Shown: positions 36,657 through 44,098 of the stretch, one piece after another
Position numbering within the stretch: position 1 is the first letter of the stretch
Layout: the number at the start of each line of letters is the position of its first letter
Source: an uncultured Gammaproteobacteria bacterium
GTDB lineage: Bacteria > Patescibacteriota > Patescibacteriia > XYB2-FULL-38-15
Length of the DNA: 64,000 nucleotides
Direction of reading: 5' to 3'
NCBI GenBank assembly: GCA_965231095.1
Contig: OZ246416.1
Location: 185,228 to 249,227, forward strand
Made by a program: the position numbers and the translations under genes
Notes under the pieces: generated by a model
The model's input: the letters and a program-made list of their open reading frames with translations, nothing else
The model's database searches: none
Told to the model about the DNA's origin: nothing

Positions 36657-36884
36657 ATGGAACACCCAAATTACCAAAACCAAATACAGGACAAGAGGCT
36701 CGACAACCTCGAAAAAAGCGTCGACGAGATCAAGAACAACCATCTGCCCCACATCGATGGGAAACTGACGCGGGTAGGCACTGATGTCGATTGGCTCAAA
36801 CGGTTTTTCTGGATTGTCGCTACAGCCTCGGTCGGCGGGCTTATCGCGGCCTTGCTTAACTTACTAATTACCCTTAATAAATAA
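36657..36884 (+). CDS. small protein with C-terminal TM helix (holin- or spanin-like)
   Basis: Soluble N-terminus, then WIVATASVGGLIAALLNLLITL. It sits immediately upstream of the endolysin. Confidence 0.35.
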   Translation: MEHPNYQNQIQDKRLDNLEKSVDEIKNNHLPHIDGKLTRVGTDVDWLKRFFWIVATASVGGLIAALLNLLITLNK

Positions 36885-36888
36885 CGCC

Positions 36889-37470
36889 ATGAATATCATT
36901 CAAAAAAAGTCTCCTAACTTCTGGGCCGGGCGCAAAGGTTATCGACCAGAAGGAGTGGTCATTCACATTATGGACGGCACGCTCGTCGGCACCGATTCGT
37001 GGTTCGCAAATCCAGCTTCGTTAGTGAGCTCGCACTACGGCATCGGACGAACCGGTGAAGTCCATCAGTATGTGAAAGAAGAAGATACTGCCTGGCATGC
37101 AGGCCGGGTAGATGCGCCGGTCTGGAAACTTATAAAGCCGAACATTAATCCCAATCTTTACACGGTTGGTATCGAACACGAGGGAAAGCCGGATGATGTT
37201 TGGACAGATGCAATGAAGCAGTCCAGTGCAGAACTGATCCGCGAGATTTGCCAACGATGGCAGATACCAATTGACCGCAATCACATCGTCGGCCACTTCG
37301 AAATATTTTCGAAGAAGCCGAATTGCCCGGCGAGCAATAAGAAAATAATCGACGAGCTCGTCGCACTGGCTGGTGGTCAGCAAACACAAACAGCATATCC
37401 TTCGCAGGTCGAAGAAGGAGTGAGAAAAATTGAAGAAGGACTCGCACAAATAAAAAATTCCTTAAAATAA
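36889..37470 (+). CDS. endolysin, N-acetylmuramoyl-L-alanine amidase (amidase_2, T7-lysozyme/PGRP-like)
   Basis: Zn-ligand motifs VVIHIMDG (His), TVGIEHEG, HIVGHFE (His) and NCPA (Cys), plus AWHAG. It is about 190 aa. Confidence 0.7.
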   Translation: MNIIQKKSPNFWAGRKGYRPEGVVIHIMDGTLVGTDSWFANPASLVSSHYGIGRTGEVHQYVKEEDTAWHAGRVDAPVWKLIKPNINPNLYTVGIEHEGKPDDVWTDAMKQSSAELIREICQRWQIPIDRNHIVGHFEIFSKKPNCPASNKKIIDELVALAGGQQTQTAYPSQVEEGVRKIEEGLAQIKNSLK

Positions 37471-37473
37471 ATT

Positions 37474-37650
37474 ATGGAAATTCTTAAATCCGCGAGCAAA
37501 GTTGTATTCGTCCTGATGGCCCTGGCAACGATCGGTGCGCTCTTCTTGGGCAAAATCTCAGGCGATCAATTTTTGCTTCTCGCTGGAATGGCTTTCTCGT
37601 TCTACTTTTCCAACAAAGGAGATACGACCCAGCCGTTCGCAGGAAAATAA
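37474..37650 (+). CDS. class II holin-like small membrane protein (58 aa, two TM segments)
   Basis: MEILKSASKVVFVLMALATIGALFLGKISGDQFLLLAGMAFSFYFSNKGDTTQPFAGK. It starts 4 nt after the endolysin stop and is followed by a strong terminator. Confidence 0.35.
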   Translation: MEILKSASKVVFVLMALATIGALFLGKISGDQFLLLAGMAFSFYFSNKGDTTQPFAGK

Positions 37651-37666
37651 AGTCGAAAGTTTATCA

Positions 37667-37698
37667 AAAGCCCGGCGTCGCACCGGGCTTTTGTGTTT
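37667..37698 (+). terminator. Rho-independent terminator closing the phage late/lysis operon
   Basis: aaagcccgg cgtcgca ccgggcttt forms a 9-bp GC-rich stem followed by TTGTGTTTT. Confidence 0.5.
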
Positions 37699-38116
37699 TA
37701 ATTGGTCTGACAAATAAAAATATAAGGAAAAGATAAAGGTTCAAGCGACCAAAAATCTGGACTTGTCTGACAACGACTTATAAAATTCAATTACTATGGC
37801 TTTCGTGTTTGACTTCCTTGGCGCGAAGGAATATCTTTCCGTTTGGCATAGCGGGAGACTGGTGTCGACTGGTCTGTCGTCAAACACATTAACTTAAAAA
37901 TACCTATCTCATTGTTCCCGATAGGGATCAATCGGCCGCAAGGTCGAGGATGCGACACAATGGGGTTCGACAGAAAGCCGCATAAGAGCTAAAATTGCTC
38001 TGCATGGTTTATGTGCCAGGGATACCTGGATAACACACAATCATGCGCGCCTTGCAAGGCGCTTCGCGTCCCGATCGCTGACTTCGGTCTGCGGACGGAA
38101 ACGGCACGAACCCACC

Positions 38117-39265
38117 ATGAGTCGCATCCTGGTGGGTTTCGTGTATATGCTAACTAAAGACGCAATAAATCAATTCTCGAACTGGAGACAGTTCAAGGTT
38201 AAAAAAACAACAGTGCGCGGCTACGACCGCGAGCTGAGAAACTTCTGCCTGTTTCTCCGCAACCCCGATATTGAGCACATCACCCTGAGTAACGTGATGG
38301 AATACCTGAACGGCATGGCAGAGCTCGGATGGGACAGAAACAGCTTCGTCGGCAAGTGCATGGCACTCCGAAAATTCTTCGAATTCTACCGGCTGCAAGG
38401 CTACAAAGTAATCGACGAAGAACTCATCCCGATCCCGGACAAAGAACCAAAACTGCCTCGCGTAGCGAGCGATGAGCAGTATAAGCAGCTTGTCGCGGCA
38501 ATTCCGCAAGACACCAGCGACCCCCGACACATTAGAAATCTAGCGATCCTCGGCCTTCTTTGGGACACGGGAGCACGAAACGGAGAAGTCTGCTCCCTTA
38601 ACGTGGATGACCTAGACCTGAATGAAAAGAGAGCGATAATCCGAACAGAGAAAGCAAAGTCCCGCCGACCATTCCGCGAGATCTTCTGGACGGACGATAC
38701 CAACGACTACCTGGTGCGCTGGCTCAAGAAGCGGGATCACCTTACGAAAGTCATGAAGTTCGACGAACCGGGCGCACTCTTCGTATCAGTGACCAGCGTG
38801 AAGTGCGGCGACAGGTTCTCCATCAAGGGGGTGGGGGAAATGTTGCGACGGTACTGCAACAGAGCAAAGATGCCGTACATGAACGCCCACAGCTTCCGGC
38901 ACCACCGCGGGCATCACATTATCAAGAGCGGCGGATCGACCGCAGACGTCATGAATATCCTGGGCCACGCTTCGGTGCAAAGCACGACCATCTACACGAT
39001 GATGCACGGCAAAGAGCTTGAACAGCGGGCGCGCCTCTTCCTCACGGACAGCAATAAAGACTTCGCCGGGGAGAGGGAACGCGACCCAGGATTCGATGAT
39101 GCGCTGCAGGGACTGGTCACATTCCTCCGGAATGAAAACCAGGGCAAAGAAGCCATCACGGTCGATGAGTTCCAGCGACAGGCCGAACACTTCTCGAAGC
39201 ACGGGCTCTACATGCAGCGAACCCGATCCAAGACCAAAGTGCCTTATCCACAGTACATAACTTGA
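38117..39265 (+). CDS. tyrosine site-specific recombinase (phage integrase family)
   Basis: C-terminal catalytic region HSFRHHRGHHIIKSGGSTADVMNILGHASVQSTTIYT shows the R...HxxR...Y signature. An N-terminal SAM-like domain is present. Confidence 0.8.
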   Translation: MSRILVGFVYMLTKDAINQFSNWRQFKVKKTTVRGYDRELRNFCLFLRNPDIEHITLSNVMEYLNGMAELGWDRNSFVGKCMALRKFFEFYRLQGYKVIDEELIPIPDKEPKLPRVASDEQYKQLVAAIPQDTSDPRHIRNLAILGLLWDTGARNGEVCSLNVDDLDLNEKRAIIRTEKAKSRRPFREIFWTDDTNDYLVRWLKKRDHLTKVMKFDEPGALFVSVTSVKCGDRFSIKGVGEMLRRYCNRAKMPYMNAHSFRHHRGHHIIKSGGSTADVMNILGHASVQSTTIYTMMHGKELEQRARLFLTDSNKDFAGERERDPGFDDALQGLVTFLRNENQGKEAITVDEFQRQAEHFSKHGLYMQRTRSKTKVPYPQYIT

Positions 39266-39311
39266 CAGAAGTTGACAGAGGAATATAATAGTAGTGAAAG
39301 GATTCACCACT

Positions 39312-39530
39312 ATGCCTCTATCAACATTCAAACAAAAACAAGTTCAGGAAATGAAAGACAAAGCGGTGCGCCTGTACCAGCAGGGGCTGGACACGCGCAC
39401 CGTTGCGAAGATGCTCAAGGAATTACATGGCTTCAAACGAAGCCATACTTGGGTATGGGAGGCCGTAAAAGAGCACGATAGTTTATCCACTCCCAAGAAG
39501 TTGACAAAAACTGACAGACGAGTAAAATGA
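39312..39530 (+). CDS. small HTH DNA-binding protein (72 aa)
   Basis: MPLSTFKQKQVQEMKDKAVRLYQQGLDTRTVAKMLKELHGFKRSHTWVW is HTH-like. AAAGGA lies 10 nt upstream of this ATG. The GTG at 39294 was not preferred. Confidence 0.35.
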   Translation: MPLSTFKQKQVQEMKDKAVRLYQQGLDTRTVAKMLKELHGFKRSHTWVWEAVKEHDSLSTPKKLTKTDRRVK

Positions 39531-39722
39531 CAATAGGATCATTGAAAAGCGAATACGCCTACTCGTCTACGAGGGGGAAAGCACAACAGGCAACAGGGCC
39601 GGTTGCGACTCCTCGCAGACGAGCAGTCGAGAATCAAAGCACGGGTGGCTTCCCCAGCACCGAACCCCCTGTGGCACTTTTTACACTAGAAGAAATATAA
39701 AAAGTGTTGTGGGAAATAAAAT

Positions 39723-40538
39723 ATGAAAAAAGAAGCCAAGCCAAAAATTGATTCTCTGTCCTATTTTCAAGCACAAACAGAAATATTAATGGGACAATAT
39801 AGAGCGTCAAAAATAGTTAATCATCCGGGATCTAAGGGAGATGAAGCTGAGGAAATTTTAAAAAATTTTTTAAAAAAGACGTTGGCAAAAAAATACGCCA
39901 TTGGAAAAGGGCAGATAATAAATAGTTCTAAGGCGAGCTATAGCACTGAACAGGATATTGTTATATATGATGCACACAATTGTCCACTTGTTTATTCGGG
40001 AGAGGGTGTTCAAATTTTTCCAATAGAAAGCGTTTTAGTTGTTATTGAAGTAAAGAGCAGAATTGCCATAAAGAGTGAACCCAAAAATTGTGATATTCTA
40101 AAATTTATAGATAGTACGAGTAAATTAAGGAATATTAGAAAATTGTATAAACAGAAACCTGCGAGCATATTGTTCGGATTCGAGGGAACAGATCTAAATG
40201 ATTTGAGGGATAAATTTTGTGAGAATGTTATAAGTAATAACATTGATAATTGTCCAAACGCTATTTTTATTTTGAATAGTGGTTCGATTATGTTTCAAAC
40301 CTTAGTCACGGATGGTTATTACAGTGTCTCTACGGCGGCGGTAAAGGGGGCGGATTTACATACTCGCTATAAGGAGAGTAGGAAGCGAGACGATACCTTA
40401 TTAATTTTTTATACATTTTTACAAAAACTATTGACGGGAATGATGGCGACCTCAACTGAGCCAGATATGATGGAATATTTTGATTCATGGAAGAACACGG
40501 CGGCCGGAGCAAAGTCGACTAGAAAACCTTGCTTTTAA
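39723..40538 (+). CDS. PD-(D/E)xK nuclease-like hypothetical protein in a low-GC cargo segment
   Basis: QDIVIYDAHNCP ... IESVLVVIEVKSRI reads as D ... E-V-K in endonuclease-like spacing. About 33% GC, A/T-rich codons unlike the neighbouring genes. Confidence 0.35.
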   Translation: MKKEAKPKIDSLSYFQAQTEILMGQYRASKIVNHPGSKGDEAEEILKNFLKKTLAKKYAIGKGQIINSSKASYSTEQDIVIYDAHNCPLVYSGEGVQIFPIESVLVVIEVKSRIAIKSEPKNCDILKFIDSTSKLRNIRKLYKQKPASILFGFEGTDLNDLRDKFCENVISNNIDNCPNAIFILNSGSIMFQTLVTDGYYSVSTAAVKGADLHTRYKESRKRDDTLLIFYTFLQKLLTGMMATSTEPDMMEYFDSWKNTAAGAKSTRKPCF

Positions 40539-40678
40539 TATCAACTTGCGCTAAACTCTTTAAATATTCAAAATAAGATGTCTTTGCGAGCGAAGCGAAG
40601 CAATCTCATAAACAGGGGGATTGACGCGTCGTTCACCCGCCAAGGCGGGATCACTCCTCGCAATGACTGCAAAATAGC

Positions 40679-42736
40679 ATGAACAAAATCAAAAGATTCT
40701 TCGTAAACGCGGGAAAAAAGTTATTCAGAACTGCCAGAGCTAAGGTTTGGTGGCTAATTATTTTAATTATAGCCATTACCGTTTTGGCGGGATTTTTAGA
40801 TTATCCAAAATATTATGACAAGGGCGTGGATTGGCTCAAGAAAACCACAGGTATTGCTTTGCCGGAATTTTATAAATTACCATTTCGCCTAGGACTTGAT
40901 TTGCAGGGCGGGACGCATTTGATTTATGAAGCTGACACTTCGGCGATTCCGGAGAAAGATCGCGACGACGCGCTTGAAGGCGTGCGCGACGTTATTGAAC
41001 GCCGCGTGAACGCGTTTGGCGTGGCCGAACCGGTTGTCCAGACCACGAGCGCCGGAGATAGCCGGCGGGTGGTTGTGGAATTGGCTGGAGTAAAAGATGT
41101 TTCCCAGGCGATTAAAATGATTGGTGAGACGCCGCTTTTGGAATTTAAAGAACAAGCCGCTCCGGTCGAGACAGAACTTACTGCCGAACAGCAGAAAGAA
41201 ATGAATGATTATAACGCAACGGCGAAAAAAACGGCTAATGAAGTTTTGAAAAAAGCCCGGGCGAAAGGAGCCGATTTCGCCGCCCTGGTAGGGGAATATT
41301 CAACTGATGAAGCGACAAAAGCAGTCGGCGGTGATTTGGGATTTATTACAAAAAATGGCGCGTACGCGGATTTGTATGATGATGCCGCAAAACTGAAAGT
41401 TGGCGGAGTGAGTGGTTTAATTGAGACCGATGGCAATATCAGTATTATTAAATTGGAAGCGACGCAAGATGCCAAAGAAGTAAAAGCAAATCATCTTTTA
41501 ATTTGTTGGCAGGGAGCGCAAAGTTGCGCGGGAAATTTATCAAAAGAAGATGCCAAGAAAAAAATTGACGAGTTGAAAGCGCAAGCAATAAAAGAAAATT
41601 TTATTGATTTAGTAAAAGCAAATTCAACAGAACCGGGCGCGGCAACTTCGGGCGGCGACCTCGGATGGTTTGGAAAAGATATGATGGTAAAGCCGTTTGA
41701 AACCGCGGCCTTTGCTCTCGGAGTCGGAGAAATTTCCGACGTGGTTGAAACGCAATTTGGCTATCATTTGATTTATAAAACTGACGAAAAAATTGTAAAA
41801 GAATATCGTGTTTCAAGAATTTTAATTGATAAAAAAACAAAAGCGGAAATTCTTCCGCCGGCCGAAGAATGGGCTTATACCGGACTTACCGGCAAACAGC
41901 TGGTCAGGGCGCAAGTTCAATTTGATCCGAATACCAATGCGCCGCAAGTCGGTTTGGAATTTAATGATGAGGGAAAAAAATTATTTGGAGAAATTACCGA
42001 GCGAAGTGTTAGTAAGCCGATAGCGATTTTTTTGGATGGCGAGGCCATTAGCATTCCGACCGTTCAAGAACCGATTAAAGACGGCCAGGCGGTAATCAGC
42101 GGAAGTTTTACAATTCCCGAAGCAAAACTTTTGGCGCAACGACTAAACGCCGGCGCTCTTCCGGTTCCGATTAATTTAATCAGCCAGGAAACAATTGGCG
42201 CGGCGCTTGGCGCGGAATCTGTTTCAAAAAGTTTGATGGCTGGATTGCTCGGGTTTTTAGCGGTTATAATTTTTATGATCTTGTATTATAGATTACCGGG
42301 ATTTTTGTCCGCTCTGGCTTTAGTTTTTTACGCCGTATTAGTTCTCGCGCTTTTTAAATTAATCCCAGTGACGTTGACTTTGGCGGGAATTGCCGGTTTT
42401 GTCTTGTCAGTCGGTATGGCGGTTGACGCGAATGTTTTGATTTTTGAAAGAATGAAAGAGGAATTAAAATTAGGAAAACCGCTCGGTTCAGCAATTGATG
42501 AAGGATTCAAACGCGCTTGGCCGTCAATTCGCGACGGAAATTTGACCACTTTAATTTCTTGTTTGGTTTTGTTCTGGTTTTCCACGAGTATGATTAAAGG
42601 ATTTGCCCTGACGCTCTCGGTTGGTGTTATTTTAAGTATGTTTTCGGCTTTGTTTATCACGCGGACGCTTTTGAATTTTATCGCGCCGTGGTTTCATAAA
42701 GGCACATGGTTGTTTGGTGTAAAAAATAAAAAGTAA
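40679..42736 (+). CDS. secD: protein-export membrane protein SecD with two parvulin-type PPIase domains inserted in the P1 region
   Basis: SecD motifs LGLDLQGGTHL, ERRVNAFGVAEPVVQ, LEFKE, AIFLDGEAISIPTVQEPI and a C-terminal 5-TM SSD-like domain. The inserted region carries GGDLGFITKNG...GVSGLIETDGNISIIKL (parvulin-like, possibly degenerate) and NHLLICWQ...GGDLGWFGKDMMVKPFETAAFALGVGEISDVVETQFGYHLIYK (complete parvulin). Confidence 0.7.
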   Translation: MNKIKRFFVNAGKKLFRTARAKVWWLIILIIAITVLAGFLDYPKYYDKGVDWLKKTTGIALPEFYKLPFRLGLDLQGGTHLIYEADTSAIPEKDRDDALEGVRDVIERRVNAFGVAEPVVQTTSAGDSRRVVVELAGVKDVSQAIKMIGETPLLEFKEQAAPVETELTAEQQKEMNDYNATAKKTANEVLKKARAKGADFAALVGEYSTDEATKAVGGDLGFITKNGAYADLYDDAAKLKVGGVSGLIETDGNISIIKLEATQDAKEVKANHLLICWQGAQSCAGNLSKEDAKKKIDELKAQAIKENFIDLVKANSTEPGAATSGGDLGWFGKDMMVKPFETAAFALGVGEISDVVETQFGYHLIYKTDEKIVKEYRVSRILIDKKTKAEILPPAEEWAYTGLTGKQLVRAQVQFDPNTNAPQVGLEFNDEGKKLFGEITERSVSKPIAIFLDGEAISIPTVQEPIKDGQAVISGSFTIPEAKLLAQRLNAGALPVPINLISQETIGAALGAESVSKSLMAGLLGFLAVIIFMILYYRLPGFLSALALVFYAVLVLALFKLIPVTLTLAGIAGFVLSVGMAVDANVLIFERMKEELKLGKPLGSAIDEGFKRAWPSIRDGNLTTLISCLVLFWFSTSMIKGFALTLSVGVILSMFSALFITRTLLNFIAPWFHKGTWLFGVKNKK

Positions 42737-42755
42737 TTAATTTGAATTTATAAAT

Positions 42756-43658
42756 ATGGTTAACATTATTGGTCATAGAAAACTTTGGTTGATAATTGCC
42801 GGCTCTCTGGTCGTTGCCTCTATTGTGGCAGTTTCGCTGTGGGGATTAAAGTTTGGCATTGATTTTACCGGAGGATCACTCCTGGAATTATCTTTTAAAA
42901 ATCGTCCGGCAACCGTGGATTTAGCTTCGGATCTCGCGAATTTTGGCGCGGAAGAAGTGAGCATTCAACCGGTGGGGGGAGAGGGAATGCTCTTGCGTTT
43001 CAAAACGGTTGACGAGACAAAACATCAGGAAATTTTAAAACACCTTTCGGAAAAATTTGGTGAAGTAGAGGAAAAAAGATTTGAATCAATCGGCCCGACA
43101 ATCGGTAAAGAATTACGGACGAAAGCGATTTACTCCATGATTATTGTTTTGGCTTGTATTATTGCCTACATCGCCTGGGCATTTAGAAAAGTTTCCAAAC
43201 CGGTCGCTTCGTGGAAATATGGAATGATTGCCGTTTTGGCGCTTCTTCATGACGTGGGAATTCCGATTGGGCTCTTTGCTATTCTCGGGCATTTTGCCGG
43301 AGTGGAAGTGAATAGCGCTTTTGTCGCGGCGATTCTTACGATCTTGGGTTATTCGGTTAATGATACAATCGTGGTTTTTGATCGGGTTAGAGAAAATTTA
43401 ATTCGTGCCGGCGGTGATTATGAAAATTTTGATAAGATTGTGAATGAAAGCGTGAACCAAACTTTTGCCCGGTCAATCAATACGACCCTCACGACCTTGC
43501 TCGCGCTCGTGGCCGTATTTTTCTGGGGAGGGGAGTCGGTCAAATATTTTGCTCTGGCGCTGATTGTTGGCATTGGTTTGGGCGCGTATTCTTCGATTTT
43601 TATCGCTAGCCCGGCGCTTGTTTTGTGGGAAGAGCTGACCACTAGAAAACGAAGTTAG
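42756..43658 (+). CDS. secF: protein-export membrane protein SecF
   Basis: GIDFTGGSLLEL, a 6-TM SecD/F C-terminal domain, and GYSVNDTIVVFDRVREN. It is directly downstream of secD. Confidence 0.75.
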   Translation: MVNIIGHRKLWLIIAGSLVVASIVAVSLWGLKFGIDFTGGSLLELSFKNRPATVDLASDLANFGAEEVSIQPVGGEGMLLRFKTVDETKHQEILKHLSEKFGEVEEKRFESIGPTIGKELRTKAIYSMIIVLACIIAYIAWAFRKVSKPVASWKYGMIAVLALLHDVGIPIGLFAILGHFAGVEVNSAFVAAILTILGYSVNDTIVVFDRVRENLIRAGGDYENFDKIVNESVNQTFARSINTTLTTLLALVAVFFWGGESVKYFALALIVGIGLGAYSSIFIASPALVLWEELTTRKRS

Positions 43659-43677
43659 TTTTAAAGACAATTTAATG

Positions 43678-43715
43678 GGCGATCCGCTAAATCGGCGGGT
43701 CGCTTTTGGTTTTAG
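43678..43715 (+). terminator. terminator-like hairpin after secF
   Basis: gcgatccgc taaat cggcgggtcgc (imperfect stem) followed by TTTTGGTTTT. Confidence 0.3.
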
Positions 43716-43734
43716 TAAATGTGGATAACTTTTC

Positions 43735-43790
43735 TTGACAGACTCTTGGCGGCATGTTATCTTATACCCATACCCCCTGGGGGAGGGTCA
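43735..43790 (+). promoter_or_regulatory. promoter (TTGACA-N17-TATCTT) plus pseudo-palindromic C/G-tract candidate CsoR operator
   Basis: Perfect -35 TTGACA at 43735-43740. The -10 TATCTT is at 43758-43763. It is immediately followed by ATACCCATACCCCCTGGGGGAGGGT (inverted C5/G5 tracts), 30 nt upstream of the csoR-like gene. Confidence 0.4.
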
Positions 43791-43817
43791 AGATAAATTA
43801 AAAATTATTTCAAATTT

Positions 43818-44096
43818 ATGAAGCCAGCAATCAAGAAAGAATGTTTAAAAAGGATGAATTATTTAAAGGGTCATTTGGACGGAGTTAAAAAAATGTTGGA
43901 GGCGGATGCTTATTGTATTGATGTGATTAAACAAAATAGGGCAGTAATTAACGCCCTGCATAAAGTCAATGAGCTTATTTTGGGCAGCCATTTTGATACC
44001 TGTGTCGTGGGCGCATCGTTCGGGAAGAATAAAAATAGACAGCGAGCGATGGTCCAGGAGTTGATGGGGATTTATAAAACAAGTAACAAAATTTAA
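43818..44096 (+). CDS. csoR: CsoR/RcnR-family metal-sensing transcriptional repressor
   Basis: About 92 aa and all-helical. The conserved C...H...C triad occurs in the typical context (RMNYLKGHLDGVKKML...YCIDV...HFDTCV). Confidence 0.6.
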   Translation: MKPAIKKECLKRMNYLKGHLDGVKKMLEADAYCIDVIKQNRAVINALHKVNELILGSHFDTCVVGASFGKNKNRQRAMVQELMGIYKTSNKI

Positions 44097-44098
44097 AA

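Noticed and set aside
20069-37650. Terminase large subunit among the phage-module ORFs
   Set aside because: None of the ORFs has a Walker A P-loop or a recognisable terminase nuclease motif. Absence is reported rather than forcing a call.
37750-38116. tRNA gene expected as the integration target upstream of the integrase
   Set aside because: No cloverleaf could be drawn: no 7-bp acceptor with T-arm GTTCGAAT-like loop. The only tRNA found is tRNA-Ser at 50944..51028.
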